Positions 40,146 to 50,189 of a stretch of 64,000 nucleotides of DNA are shown piece by piece. Location: the NCBI GenBank assembly GCA_963668645.2, contig CAXXWC010000021.1:384001-448000 (forward strand), given 5' to 3'. Both the position numbers and the translations under genes were made by a program. Numbering within the stretch: position 1 is the first letter of the stretch; each line of letters starts with the position of its first letter. The DNA comes from Desulfobacterales bacterium. GTDB lineage: Bacteria; Desulfobacterota; Desulfobacteria; Desulfobacterales; UBA2174. The notes below the pieces were generated by a model. It was not told the DNA's origin. It searched no databases and was given only the letters and a program-made list of their open reading frames with translations.

Positions 40146-41234
40146 ATGCCACCGTCGACCCGCTGGTCCCTTCTGCTGGGCGGCGCCGTGTCGGCCGGCG
40201 CGCTCTACCTGGCTTTTCGCAACGTGCCGCTGGGCATGCTGTGGCGCTACCTGGGGTCGGTGGACTACCGCTTTCTGTTTCTGGCCCTGGTTCTGGTGGG
40301 GCTGGTGCTGGTGGCCAAGGCCCTGCGCTGGCAGGTCATCTTGGGGGCTACCCGGCAAGTCGCTTTCATGCAGGCCTTTCATCCCATGATAATCGGGTTC
40401 ATGCTCAACTGCATCCTGCCCGGAAGGCTGGGCGAACTGGCCCGGCCGGCGATTTTGCGCCAGCAGAGCCAAGTTCCCTTCGCCACCGGGCTGGGCACCG
40501 TTTTGGCCGAGCGTATCCTGGACATGCTCACCCTGCTGGCCCTTTTCGCCTGGGTCCTGTCCGATCTTGACCTGGGCCGGGGCAAGGCGGTCACCCTGGG
40601 CGGACACCAGCTGGACGGCCCGGTCATCCTGGCCGCTGGGCGGGCCACCCTCTACATGGCTCTGATGGCCGTCGCGGCGGTGGTGCTCTTTACCCGGGAA
40701 CCGGTCCGCCGCCATGCCCTGAACATCATCCGGGGCCTGGTCGAGCTTTTCCCCGGGCTTTCAGCCTCGCGCCGCCAGTGGATCGAAAACCGGGTCATAC
40801 TGCCTTTGGGCGCCGGTCTGGACCACCTGGCATCCGGTCTCGTCCTGACCCGGCGTCCCTGGCGTCTGCTGGGCTGCATAGCTCTTTCAGCCCTCATCTG
40901 GCTGCTGACGGCCTTCTCCTATCATGTGTTGACCATCGGCTTTCCCGGCCTGCAACTGCACCTTTCGCAAACCGGGGCCATGATGGTGGTGATCTGCTTT
41001 TGCATCGCCCTGCCTTCCGTGCCGGGCTGGTGGGGGCTCTGGGAGGCCGGCGGTGTTTTTGCCCTGTCATTTTTCGGCGTCGCGGCCGGACCGGCCCTGG
41101 CCTTTACGCTGGTCAACCACGCGGCCCAGGTTTTTCCGGTGATCCTGATCGGCCTGGTCTCGATGCTGATCAGCGGGATGCGCCTGGACACGATCGGAAA
41201 GCTCACGCGCCGGTTCCAGGGAACGCCGGATTGA
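40146..41234 (+). CDS. Lysylphosphatidylglycerol synthase TM-domain (flippase-like) protein
   Basis: KALRWQ, NCILPGRLGELAR, ERILD, LPSVPG. Confidence 0.85.
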   Translation: MPPSTRWSLLLGGAVSAGALYLAFRNVPLGMLWRYLGSVDYRFLFLALVLVGLVLVAKALRWQVILGATRQVAFMQAFHPMIIGFMLNCILPGRLGELARPAILRQQSQVPFATGLGTVLAERILDMLTLLALFAWVLSDLDLGRGKAVTLGGHQLDGPVILAAGRATLYMALMAVAAVVLFTREPVRRHALNIIRGLVELFPGLSASRRQWIENRVILPLGAGLDHLASGLVLTRRPWRLLGCIALSALIWLLTAFSYHVLTIGFPGLQLHLSQTGAMMVVICFCIALPSVPGWWGLWEAGGVFALSFFGVAAGPALAFTLVNHAAQVFPVILIGLVSMLISGMRLDTIGKLTRRFQGTPD

Positions 41235-41339
41235 AAATCAGCCATCGCGTCTTAGTATAGACCTTTGATTAACCGGAAGGCGGTCCTTGCCCCGAAATCG
41301 AGGGCTGCGGCCTTAAAGATGCCCGGAGAGAACAAGCCC

Positions 41340-41852
41340 ATGGCCATCCGAGAAATCCTGACATATCCCGACCCGTTCCTGAAGCGTACGGTCAGCCCGG
41401 TCACCGCCTGGGACGAAGCGCTTCAAACCGTCATCGAAGACATGACCGAAACCATGTACGCCGAACCGGGCGTCGGCCTGGCGGCCACCCAGATCGGCCT
41501 GGATCAGCGCATCATCGTCTTTGACGTATCGCAGACCGACGGCCCGCGCCAACCCGGGGCCCTGATCAATCCCGAGATCGTGTTCACAGAGGGGAGCCAG
41601 CTCTCGGAAAACGAGGGGTGCCTGAGCGTTCCGGAGTTTCGCGCCGACGTGGAACGCTATCTGAAGGTGCGGGTCACGGGTTACAACCGTGAGGGCAAAC
41701 CGGTGGAAATGGAAGCCGAAGGGTTTCCGGCCATCGTCTTGCAGCACGAAATCGACCATCTCAACGGCGTGTTGTTCATCGACCGCATCAGCCGCCTCAA
41801 ACGCGAAATCTACAAGCGCAGGGTGCGCAAACAACTCAAGCAATCCACATGA
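41340..41852 (+). CDS. def: Peptide deformylase
   Basis: GVGLAATQ, EGCLS, QHEIDHLNG. Confidence 0.97.
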   Translation: MAIREILTYPDPFLKRTVSPVTAWDEALQTVIEDMTETMYAEPGVGLAATQIGLDQRIIVFDVSQTDGPRQPGALINPEIVFTEGSQLSENEGCLSVPEFRADVERYLKVRVTGYNREGKPVEMEAEGFPAIVLQHEIDHLNGVLFIDRISRLKREIYKRRVRKQLKQST

Positions 41853-42793
41853 ACGCAGCCCCCCTTTCCATCGTTTACATGGGCACGCCCGAATTCGCCG
41901 TGCCCTGCCTGGAATCCCTGGCCGCAGCCGGGCACCGCATCCTGGCCGTCGTCACCCAGCCGGACCGCCCCCGGGGCCGGGGCCGCCGTTTCAGCCCGCC
42001 GCCGGTCAAGGTGGCGGCCCAAGGCCTGGATCTGCCGGTGCTCCAGCCCACCCGGTTGCGCGATGCGGATACGGTCGAAGCCCTGGCTGCCTTCCAGGCC
42101 GATCTTTTCGTGGTGGTGGCCTATGGCCGGATCCTGCCGCCACCACTTCTCGCCTTGCCGCGTCTCGGCGCGGTGAACGTGCACGCCTCGCTGCTGCCGA
42201 AGTACCGCGGGCCCGCGCCCATCCAGTGGGCCATCATCAACCGCGAGCCTAGCACCGGGGTGACGACCATGATGATGGATGCAGGCCTGGATACCGGAGA
42301 GCTTCTCCTTGCGGCCGAAACCCGGCTGGGGCCCGACGAAACCGCTTCCAGCCTGCACGACCGCCTGGCGCGCATGGGCGCCGAGCTGCTGGTGGAGACC
42401 GTGGCCGGTCTGGCGGCCGGCGAACTGACGCCAGTGGCCCAGGACCAAGGCCGGGCCACCTACGCCCCGATGCTCACCCGGGACCATGGCCGTATCGATT
42501 GGGCCCGTTGCGCTGCGGAAATCGACGCCCTGATCCGGGGCCTGACCCCCTGGCCCGGGGCCTTTACTTTTTGCGGCCAGCAGCGCTGGAAGATCATCAG
42601 CGCCAGGCCGGCCGAAACCGACGCCCGGGCCGAGCCGGGGACCGTCATCCCGGGGTTTGCCGACGAACTGTGGGTCATGACCGGGGATGGCGCCCTGGTC
42701 ATCGACCGGATCCAGGCCGCTTCCAGCAAACAGCTTTGCACCGCTCAATTTCTGTGCGGAACCCCGGTGGTTCCCGGCACCCGCCTCGGCTGA
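41849..42793 (+). CDS. fmt: Methionyl-tRNA formyltransferase
   Basis: MGTPEFA, VTQPDRP, NVHASLLPKYRG. Confidence 0.97.
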   Translation: MNAAPLSIVYMGTPEFAVPCLESLAAAGHRILAVVTQPDRPRGRGRRFSPPPVKVAAQGLDLPVLQPTRLRDADTVEALAAFQADLFVVVAYGRILPPPLLALPRLGAVNVHASLLPKYRGPAPIQWAIINREPSTGVTTMMMDAGLDTGELLLAAETRLGPDETASSLHDRLARMGAELLVETVAGLAAGELTPVAQDQGRATYAPMLTRDHGRIDWARCAAEIDALIRGLTPWPGAFTFCGQQRWKIISARPAETDARAEPGTVIPGFADELWVMTGDGALVIDRIQAASSKQLCTAQFLCGTPVVPGTRLG

Positions 42794-44169
42794 TGCCTGC
42801 CGCTGCCGCAAGCGACGATGCCCGTCGCATCGCCCTTGAAATTCTCGAGGAGCTGGACAAGGGCCGCACCACCCTGGACCGGCTCATGGAAAAGGCCCTG
42901 GGGGCCCATTCCCACCTCCAACGGCGCGACCGGGCCCTGGTCTTCGCCCTGACCTACGGGGTGCAGCGCTGGCGCCGCCGCCTTGATTGGGTGGCGGCCC
43001 ATTTCGCTTCGCGCCCCTTTTCCCGAATCGATCCCACGGTCCGCAACATCCTGCGCCTGGCCCTGTTTCAGATCCTTTTCTTTTCCCGGGTACCGCCGGC
43101 CGCCGCGGTCCACACGGCCGTGGAGATGACCAAGGCCAAGGTCCGGCCCGCCGCCCCTTTCGTCAACGCACTGCTGCGCAATGCCCTGCGCCACCGCGCT
43201 CAGGTCCCCTTCCCCGATCCGGCCAAGGATCCGGTGGCGGCCCTGGGAGTGGAATTGTCCTTTCCCGACTGGATTCTGGCCCGCTGGATGACCCGTGACG
43301 GTGCGGCCGCCACCCGGGCCCGCTGCGAGGCGGCCAACCGCATCCCCCTGCTCACCGTGCGCGCCAATACCCTGAAGATCGACCGCGAGCGCCTGGCCGC
43401 GGACTGGAGCGGCCGGGAACTCGATGTGCGCCCTACGCTGATGGCCCCGGACGGGATTGTGGTCGGCGGATTTCAAGGCGCCGTGGATACCCTGGCAGGG
43501 TTTGCCGAAGGTTATTTTCAGGTACAGGACGAAGCTGCCCAGTTGGCGGGCCTCATCCTGGCGCCGCAACCCGGAGAGCGGATCCTGGATGCCTGCGCCG
43601 GCCTGGGCGGTAAGACCGGGCACCTGGCGGCCCTGGCCGCCGATCGGGCCTGCATTGTGGCCACCGACCGATCCCCGGACCGGCTGGCGGCGTTGCAAAT
43701 CGAAATGCGCCGCCTCGGGGTGTGCGGCGTCGAAACCCGGATCGCAGATTGGACCGCGGCCCCGGCGCCCAGGGACGAACCGGCCTTCGACAAAATCCTC
43801 ATCGATGCCCCCTGCTCCGGATTGGGGGTTCTGGGCCGCAACCCGGATGCCCGCTGGCATCGCCGGCAAGCAGACCTTACCCGCTACGCCCGGCGCCAGC
43901 AGGCCATCCTGGCCAATCTGGCCGATCTTCTCAAGCCCGGCGGCACCCTGGTTTACGTCGTATGCAGCATCGAACCTGAAGAATCGATCGATGTGATCGG
44001 CAGTTTCCTGCACCAGCGGCCCGATTACACGCTGCCGGCGCCGCCAGCGCCGTTGGTGTCCCGCATCGGCCGGCTGATCCGCGCCGACGGCGCCATTCTC
44101 ACCGACCCCGGCCGGGATCCCCTGGACGGCTTCTACATGGCCTGCCTGAAGCGCACCAAGCGGGCCTGA
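42793..44169 (+). CDS. rsmB: 16S rRNA m5C967 methyltransferase
   Basis: NusB-like N-terminus, VQDEA, DACAGLGGKT, DAPCSGLG; follows def-fmt. Confidence 0.95.
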   Translation: MPAAAASDDARRIALEILEELDKGRTTLDRLMEKALGAHSHLQRRDRALVFALTYGVQRWRRRLDWVAAHFASRPFSRIDPTVRNILRLALFQILFFSRVPPAAAVHTAVEMTKAKVRPAAPFVNALLRNALRHRAQVPFPDPAKDPVAALGVELSFPDWILARWMTRDGAAATRARCEAANRIPLLTVRANTLKIDRERLAADWSGRELDVRPTLMAPDGIVVGGFQGAVDTLAGFAEGYFQVQDEAAQLAGLILAPQPGERILDACAGLGGKTGHLAALAADRACIVATDRSPDRLAALQIEMRRLGVCGVETRIADWTAAPAPRDEPAFDKILIDAPCSGLGVLGRNPDARWHRRQADLTRYARRQQAILANLADLLKPGGTLVYVVCSIEPEESIDVIGSFLHQRPDYTLPAPPAPLVSRIGRLIRADGAILTDPGRDPLDGFYMACLKRTKRA

Positions 44170-44294
44170 CCCTTCCGGATATGGGGTTTCGGCTCACAAT
44201 CAGGGCTTGTCAAGCCGTCTTTAGCGTTGTATAGAACCTTGTTCAATAACTATCAGTCCTTCGTTAAATCCCTTCATCTTTCGGAAATGTTGAT

Positions 44295-44804
44295 ATGCCT
44301 CGAGATTTCCTCGACGACATGATCAATTCCCTCGGCCGGGTGTTGCCGTCGCTTCCCATGGCGCTCAAGGAAATCCTGATTCTCAGCGGCATGCCCGGGG
44401 AAACCGAGAATCTGCGCTACCTGGCCTACAATCGCCATCAGATTTCGGATGCGGGCCGCGAGCTGACGTTTTCAGCCGTGGCGGCCATCAACAACCGGCG
44501 CATGGCGCAATGGCGCCTGGAAGGACTTGCCCGAAAAGTGAGCCGCATCGTTTTCCATCCCCTCTGGACCCGGCGCAACCCCATGGATTATTTCCTCAAT
44601 ACCGTCCGGTGCAGTGCGGCTATGACTAACCTTCTGGCCGCTTCACGCAGCGATTATACCCTTTTGGGGATTCTGAGCATCGAACAGCCCCAGCAAAAGC
44701 GCACCACTGGCCTCACCCGGCCGGTGATCACGGTTCCCGGCCTGTCTGCGGCCCACCTTGAAACGGTGACCGCCTTCGAGATCGCCAATCAGATCCGCTC
44801 CTGA
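44295..44804 (+). CDS. Hypothetical protein
   Basis: 169-aa ORF with host-like codon use. Confidence 0.65.
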   Translation: MPRDFLDDMINSLGRVLPSLPMALKEILILSGMPGETENLRYLAYNRHQISDAGRELTFSAVAAINNRRMAQWRLEGLARKVSRIVFHPLWTRRNPMDYFLNTVRCSAAMTNLLAASRSDYTLLGILSIEQPQQKRTTGLTRPVITVPGLSAAHLETVTAFEIANQIRS

Positions 44805-44904
44805 TCGGCCACCGCCCGGATCATGGATCGCGCTTGAGGATTCTCCGTCCAGGCCCATCTTCCGGTTTTCCCTGAAGTGGCTTCAAGCACGAATTGGACT
44901 GCAT

Positions 44905-44949
44905 AAAAAAGACGGGCCGCAGGCGATGGTGCCCTGCATGCCCGTCTTT
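44905..44949. terminator. Terminator between convergent genes
   Basis: aaagacgggc..gcagg / cctgc..gcccgtcttt. Confidence 0.75.
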
Positions 44950-44987
44950 AAGGAGCCGGCGCTGGATAGCGTGGCACCCGAATGATG

Positions 44988-45767
44988 TCAGCCATTCTTT
45001 GCCGCCATGGGGGCCGGTTCCGCCGCGCTTGCCATGGCCGGCACGCTACCGGCCGTTTCGGTTTTTCCGGCCGCCTCCTTGCGCCGGGCCAGCAGCATCT
45101 TGGCCAGCCCGCAGACAAAGACGATAAAAAGAAGTTCGGTGCCGTACACCATCCATTTGGACGGATGAAGCAGGCCGACGACCCACCCGTCGGTGATCAT
45201 CATCTCGCCGCCCACCTTGCCCAGGATCCCGGCCCCGATCCACAGGATGATGGGGTAGCGGTCCATCAGGTTGGCCAGGATGTTGCTCATGAAAACCACG
45301 AAGGGGATCGAAAGCCCCAGGCCGAAGATCAGCAGGAACATGTTGCCGTGGCTGGCCGCCCCGACCCCGAGCATGTTGTCGATGCCCATGCTCATGTCGG
45401 CCACGATGATGATCCACAGGGCCTGCCAGATGCTGCCGGCTTCCTTGCCGTGAGCCTCGTCCTCGGCCCCTTCGGTGAGCAGCTTGACAGCGATCCAGAT
45501 GATCACCGCCCCGCCCACCAGTTTGACATATTTGAGCGCCAGGAGTTGGGCGACAAGGAAGGTGGCAATGACCCGGATCACCACCGCTCCGCCCGCACCC
45601 AGGGCGATTCCCCATGTGCGTTGTCGCTTGGGCAGGTTCTTGACCGCCATGGCGATCACCACGGCATTGTCGCCGGCCAGAACCAGATCGATGAGCGTAA
45701 TGCTCAACACCGCCATGAAAAAGTGCCAGGTAAACTCGATGTGTCCAAACATGCCTAAATCAATCAT
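44988..45767 (-). CDS. TerC-family (YjbE-like) membrane protein
   Basis: DLVLAGDNAVVIA, ADMSMGIDNML, FGLGLSIP; RBS AGGAGG. Confidence 0.92.
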   Translation of the reverse strand: MIDLGMFGHIEFTWHFFMAVLSITLIDLVLAGDNAVVIAMAVKNLPKRQRTWGIALGAGGAVVIRVIATFLVAQLLALKYVKLVGGAVIIWIAVKLLTEGAEDEAHGKEAGSIWQALWIIIVADMSMGIDNMLGVGAASHGNMFLLIFGLGLSIPFVVFMSNILANLMDRYPIILWIGAGILGKVGGEMMITDGWVVGLLHPSKWMVYGTELLFIVFVCGLAKMLLARRKEAAGKTETAGSVPAMASAAEPAPMAAKNG

Positions 45768-45852
45768 CGCCGCTCTCCTCCTTTTTAAGATTTTAAGGGG
45801 TTGCCTCAAGTGGCAATGGAAACAGCCGGAAAGGATTATTGGGAATCATTCC

Positions 45853-45911
45853 AAAGCAACTTGCATACCACCGTCGGGAGAATGACGGCGAATGCGCCAA
45901 CCAACTGCTCT
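45853..45911 (-). promoter_or_regulatory. Candidate riboswitch in the TerC leader (resembles Na+/DUF1646 type)
   Basis: Nested stems AGAGCA/TGCTTT, GCAT/ATGC and GCCGTC/GACGGT around an internal loop GGTTGGC...AAGT. Confidence 0.5.
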
Positions 45912-46126
45912 AATTTTGTTTTTTCACCGATTGGATCAGGGGCGGCCTTTAAAAATTTGTGCTGAAGGCCCTCTTTAGAATCATTCGGGTTACAGCCAGA
46001 TGAAACAAACAAGAGACATGCGGTTGCTTCGCCGCTGCGGCCAGGCGCGGAAAACTCTTTGATGAAAAACCGCCGGCTGTGGTAATCTCCTGCAGTTAAA
46101 ATACCTTTCAAACGCCGGGATTACCG

Positions 46127-46666
46127 ATGGTGCCGAGCAACCCGCAAAAAGACAACCTGACCGCTGCAGATCCGATGGCTCAGGCGGTCGAGACACTTTT
46201 CGCCTTTGCCATCGACCGTGAGGATGTCAAGTGGTCCCTGGAGCGTCTGCCGGCCGCGAGCCCGGCACTGCAAAACACGGTGGCATACGAGCTTCAGGCC
46301 CTTAAAATCATCACGGTTGGATGGAGCATCACCTTCTTGCTGGCCGACAGCCCCAACAAACACTCGCTGCAACAGGCCTACTGGCAGGCGGTGCAGCAAT
46401 TTGCCGGCAGTCTGTCCAGCAACGCCGGACTGCTCATCGGCCACGAGATCGACTATTTTGGCGTTCTCAAGCAACGACTGGAAATCTACCTGGCCGCCAT
46501 CCGGGACAGCCCGCAGGCCGGCGACCCGTCGCAGATTGTCGGGCCGGCCTTTGCCGGCGCGTGCGGGGTGCCCCAGGACCTGCCGGTTGCCATGGCCGGT
46601 GCCCGCATGTTCAAAAACACCCTTGAACGGGTGCACGCCTACCTGACGGACCTGAAAAACTGCTGA
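46127..46666 (+). CDS. Hypothetical protein
   Basis: 179-aa ORF with host-like codon use, first gene of a + strand run. Confidence 0.7.
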   Translation: MVPSNPQKDNLTAADPMAQAVETLFAFAIDREDVKWSLERLPAASPALQNTVAYELQALKIITVGWSITFLLADSPNKHSLQQAYWQAVQQFAGSLSSNAGLLIGHEIDYFGVLKQRLEIYLAAIRDSPQAGDPSQIVGPAFAGACGVPQDLPVAMAGARMFKNTLERVHAYLTDLKNC

Positions 46667-46673
46667 ATCAAGC

Positions 46674-47180
46674 ATGGAGGTGTTTTCTTTGTCCTGTAAT
46701 CAAAGCTGCCATTACAAATACATCGCCTCACCCATCGGACTGGTGGAGATCTGCGCCGATGACAAGGCCCTGCGATCCATCGATTTCGTCGACCACCCGC
46801 GTCACCTCAGTAACAGCAATGCCGTGCTGGATAAAACGGCCGTGCAGATGGGCGACTATTTCAAAGGGGTGCGCAACCATTTCGATATTCCCCTGGCCTT
46901 GAAGGGGACCGAGTTCCAGTTGGCCGTCTGGCACCAGTTGATGCAGATCCCTTACGGCTGTATGGTTTCATACCGCGACATCGCCCAGGATATCGGACGG
47001 CCCCGCGCGGTGCGGGCGGTCGGTGCGGCCAACGGCCGCAATCCCATCGCCATCATCGTCCCCTGCCATCGGGTGATCGGCGCCGACGGGCAGTTGACCG
47101 GATACGCCAGCGGGCTGTGGCGAAAGGCCTGGCTCCTGCAGCACGAGGGGCACAAAGAAATCCGGCATGAACAGCGATAA
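46674..47180 (+). CDS. ogt: Methylated-DNA-protein-cysteine methyltransferase
   Basis: GTEFQ, RAVGAANGRNP, VPCHRVIG. Confidence 0.95.
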   Translation: MEVFSLSCNQSCHYKYIASPIGLVEICADDKALRSIDFVDHPRHLSNSNAVLDKTAVQMGDYFKGVRNHFDIPLALKGTEFQLAVWHQLMQIPYGCMVSYRDIAQDIGRPRAVRAVGAANGRNPIAIIVPCHRVIGADGQLTGYASGLWRKAWLLQHEGHKEIRHEQR

Positions 47181-47206
47181 CACCCCTTTCCCATGATTGG
47201 CTCCCC

Positions 47207-47680
47207 ATGCCCAAAACCCTGCTGTATCGTCTCTTTCGTATCGGTGCGCTGCCCAGATCCGAACGTACCGGCCTGGAAAGTGAAGGGTTGTGCTACCTGG
47301 ATGAAGGCATCCCCCTGACCATCAGTTGGCGCCATTATCGCGAGCCGAATCGCTACATCGCCCGGCACCGCCAGAGCCTGACCGGTACCGTGGCCCTGAC
47401 CCGGCGCCGTTTGCTGATTTTTGCCGCCTCTCAACTCCAGCTGGAGCTGGACCTGCAGGATCCCGCCAGCGAGCGAATAGACGTCAGTCAACCGACAGCC
47501 GGTACCTTCGCAGTGGCCCTCAACGCCGAAGACTTCCACCCGGGATGCAGCGGCCGGATTACATACTGGCTGTCCACCGCCGGGGCCTCGACCCTGGCTG
47601 ACCTGTGGCAAAAGCGCCCGGCACCTGCAAACCATCCAGAGGATGCTTCATGCTCGACGCGCTTGTCAGCATCGCCCTGA
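47207..47680 (+). CDS. Hypothetical protein
   Basis: 157-aa ORF in operon context. Confidence 0.65.
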   Translation: MPKTLLYRLFRIGALPRSERTGLESEGLCYLDEGIPLTISWRHYREPNRYIARHRQSLTGTVALTRRRLLIFAASQLQLELDLQDPASERIDVSQPTAGTFAVALNAEDFHPGCSGRITYWLSTAGASTLADLWQKRPAPANHPEDASCSTRLSASP

Positions 47681-48228
47681 TTTTAGTGATCCTGGTTTTC
47701 ACCGCGGGTATGTCGGTGATGGTCATATTCCTGGCCAGCTACCTCATCGGCGGTTCACCTTACGAGGCAACCCCCCTGCAAGTGCTGCAGTGTATGCTGG
47801 AAGCGGCCCAGATCAAAGCCGGAGAAAAAGTCTACGATCTGGGGTGCGGCGACGGCCGCCTTTTGATCGAAGCCAACCGCCAGTACGCGGCCATTGCTGT
47901 GGGTATCGAGGTTTCACCGTTTTTCTGCTGGATTTCCAAACTCAAGTCACGGATCGCCCAGGCGCAAATCACCATCGTACGAGGCAATTTCTTTCAGGTC
48001 GATTTCAGCGATGCAGACGTGGTGTTCTGTTACCTGCTGCCCGGCCAGATGAAGCGGCTGGTCCCCCGCTTTGCCCGACTCAGGCCCCAAGCGCGCATCG
48101 TTTCGCTGCGATTCGAAATCCCCGGCTGGAAACCGTTTCAACGGATCACCGAGGACGGCAAGCGCCAGATTCCAAGGATCTGGGTCTACCGGGCCTCGGG
48201 CATCGCCCAAACAGACAACCCGGCTTGA
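47650..48228 (+). CDS. Membrane-anchored class I SAM-dependent methyltransferase
   Basis: N-terminal TM helix; YDLGCGDGR, GIE, ADVVFCYL. Confidence 0.88.
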   Translation: MLDALVSIALILVILVFTAGMSVMVIFLASYLIGGSPYEATPLQVLQCMLEAAQIKAGEKVYDLGCGDGRLLIEANRQYAAIAVGIEVSPFFCWISKLKSRIAQAQITIVRGNFFQVDFSDADVVFCYLLPGQMKRLVPRFARLRPQARIVSLRFEIPGWKPFQRITEDGKRQIPRIWVYRASGIAQTDNPA

Positions 48229-48259
48229 CGAACGGCCCGGCTTGCACCATGCTGTACCT

Positions 48260-49447
48260 ATGCACACAGTGATCATCAAAGTCCGGCGCGATCATTCCCT
48301 GCGCCGCCGTCATCCCTGGGTCTTTTCCGGGGCCATCGCCCGGGTTATCGGCAGGCCGGAACCTGGAGAAACCGTGGCCCTCTTTACCGCCGATGGTCAA
48401 TCCCTCGGCCTGGGCGCCTACTCACCTGCCTCGCAAATCCGCGTGCGGCTCTGGGACGCGGACGAAAAGTGCAGCATCGACGCCGATTTTTTCCGCCGGC
48501 GTATCGCCCGCGCCGCCACGCGCCGGCAGGGTTGCCCCGGACTGCAGCAAACCGACGCCTACCGGTTGATCAACGCGGAATCCGACGGATTGCCCGGCCT
48601 GATCGTTGACCGGTACGCGGATTTTGCCGTGTGTCAGTTTCTGGCCGCCGGAGCGGAGGCCTGGAAACGGGATATCGTGGCGGCCCTGCACCAGCAAATT
48701 CCCCTGAGCGGCATTTTCGAGCGTTCCGACCCCGAGGTGCGCGGCAAAGAGGGCTTGCCGCCGGCCACGGGCAGCTTGTGGGGTGAGGCGCCCCCACAGC
48801 CGATCGCGATCCGCGAAGGCCCCTTGAGTTTCGAGGTGGATGTCTATAACGGTCACAAGACCGGCTTTTACCTGGACCAGCGTGAAAATCGCCGCTTGCT
48901 GGGCGCCTATGCCAGCGAGGCCGAGGTGCTCAACGCCTTCAGCTACACCGGGGCCTTCGGCCTCTGGGCCCTTCACGGCGGTGCGAGCAGCGTCACCCAG
49001 ATCGATTCGGCCGGCGAAGCCCTGGCAGCGGCCGACCGGCATACCCGCTTGAACAGTTTTGCAGCCCAGAGCGTAACGCTGATCCAGGCCGACGTCTTCC
49101 AGCAACTGCGCCGCTTCCGTGATGAGGGGCGCCGCTTCGATCTGATCGTGCTCGATCCGCCCAAATTCGCCGCCTCCAGCAGCCAGGTTTCCCGAGCGGC
49201 CCGCGGCTACAAGGACATCAACCTGCTCGCTTTCAAGCTGCTGAGGCCCGGCGGGCGGCTTTTCACCTTTTCCTGCTCCGGCCACATCGAGCGCAACCTG
49301 TTCCAGAAGATCGTCAGCGACGCTGCGCTGGATGCCGAACGCAGCGCCTGCATCCTCCATCACCTGGGCCAGGCCACCGACCATCCGGTGGCGCTGAATT
49401 TTCCCGAGGGGGAATATCTGAAAGGAATGGCGATCCAGGCGGATTGA
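48260..49447 (+). CDS. rlmI: 23S rRNA m5C1962 methyltransferase
   Basis: RRHPWVFSGAI (PUA), ESDGLPG, GHKTGFYLDQR, VLDPPKF, TFSCSG. Confidence 0.93.
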   Translation: MHTVIIKVRRDHSLRRRHPWVFSGAIARVIGRPEPGETVALFTADGQSLGLGAYSPASQIRVRLWDADEKCSIDADFFRRRIARAATRRQGCPGLQQTDAYRLINAESDGLPGLIVDRYADFAVCQFLAAGAEAWKRDIVAALHQQIPLSGIFERSDPEVRGKEGLPPATGSLWGEAPPQPIAIREGPLSFEVDVYNGHKTGFYLDQRENRRLLGAYASEAEVLNAFSYTGAFGLWALHGGASSVTQIDSAGEALAAADRHTRLNSFAAQSVTLIQADVFQQLRRFRDEGRRFDLIVLDPPKFAASSSQVSRAARGYKDINLLAFKLLRPGGRLFTFSCSGHIERNLFQKIVSDAALDAERSACILHHLGQATDHPVALNFPEGEYLKGMAIQAD

Positions 49448-49483
49448 AAAAGGATCGTTCTGGCGCAGCATTCAGGAAAGATC

Positions 49484-50179
49484 ATGCGCACAACCCTTGC
49501 CCGCATCGTGGCCCGGCATCCAGCCACAAACTTGATTCCCAGAGCGTTCATGATCGCCTGGCACGGGGTTCCGATCCTGGCTTACCAGGGTTTCAGCCCT
49601 TCGCTGGCAGGTTTGAAACAAAACATCCGCCGCACCCTGCGCCAGCTGCCCCCCGAAGCGCCGGGCAGCCGCTGGCCCAAGACCACCCTCGGCGCCCTGC
49701 CGGATGAAAGGCCCATCGGTCTCAACGAGCTGCGCCAACTGCGGGCTTTGTGCCACCGCATGACCGCCGAACTGGTCGCCACGGCCAAGATGGTGCCGGT
49801 GACCAGCCTCGAGTGGGTCGAGTATGAATGCCGCAGCCTGGAACGGCGCAGCGAAACCCTGACCATGCCGCTCAAACAAACGCCGGCACCGCCCATCGAA
49901 ACTCCCGAGCCCGGCGAGCGCCAGCGCGTTGAGACGATTTTGCGCGGATTGTGCAGCGCCAATCTGGCGGCCTATCTGTCTTTGGTCAACCGCACGGGAC
50001 ACCGCGTAGACCACTACCGGCTGCGATCCATCGGACGCAGCCTGGTCTTCGATCTGGCAGACAAGGCTCCGGCGTTGATCGAAACATTCATCAGCGAGGT
50101 GGAAGGGATCATGCCCGGCCGCTATGCATGGTTCGTGCCCGGGCGCCGCCATGTCACCATCCACCGGCTTTCCAAGTAG
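49484..50179 (+). CDS. Hypothetical protein, possible 2H-phosphoesterase-like fold
   Basis: WPKTTLG and RHVTI at 2H-like spacing. Confidence 0.55.
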   Translation: MRTTLARIVARHPATNLIPRAFMIAWHGVPILAYQGFSPSLAGLKQNIRRTLRQLPPEAPGSRWPKTTLGALPDERPIGLNELRQLRALCHRMTAELVATAKMVPVTSLEWVEYECRSLERRSETLTMPLKQTPAPPIETPEPGERQRVETILRGLCSANLAAYLSLVNRTGHRVDHYRLRSIGRSLVFDLADKAPALIETFISEVEGIMPGRYAWFVPGRRHVTIHRLSK

Positions 50180-50189
50180 GACGGATCGT

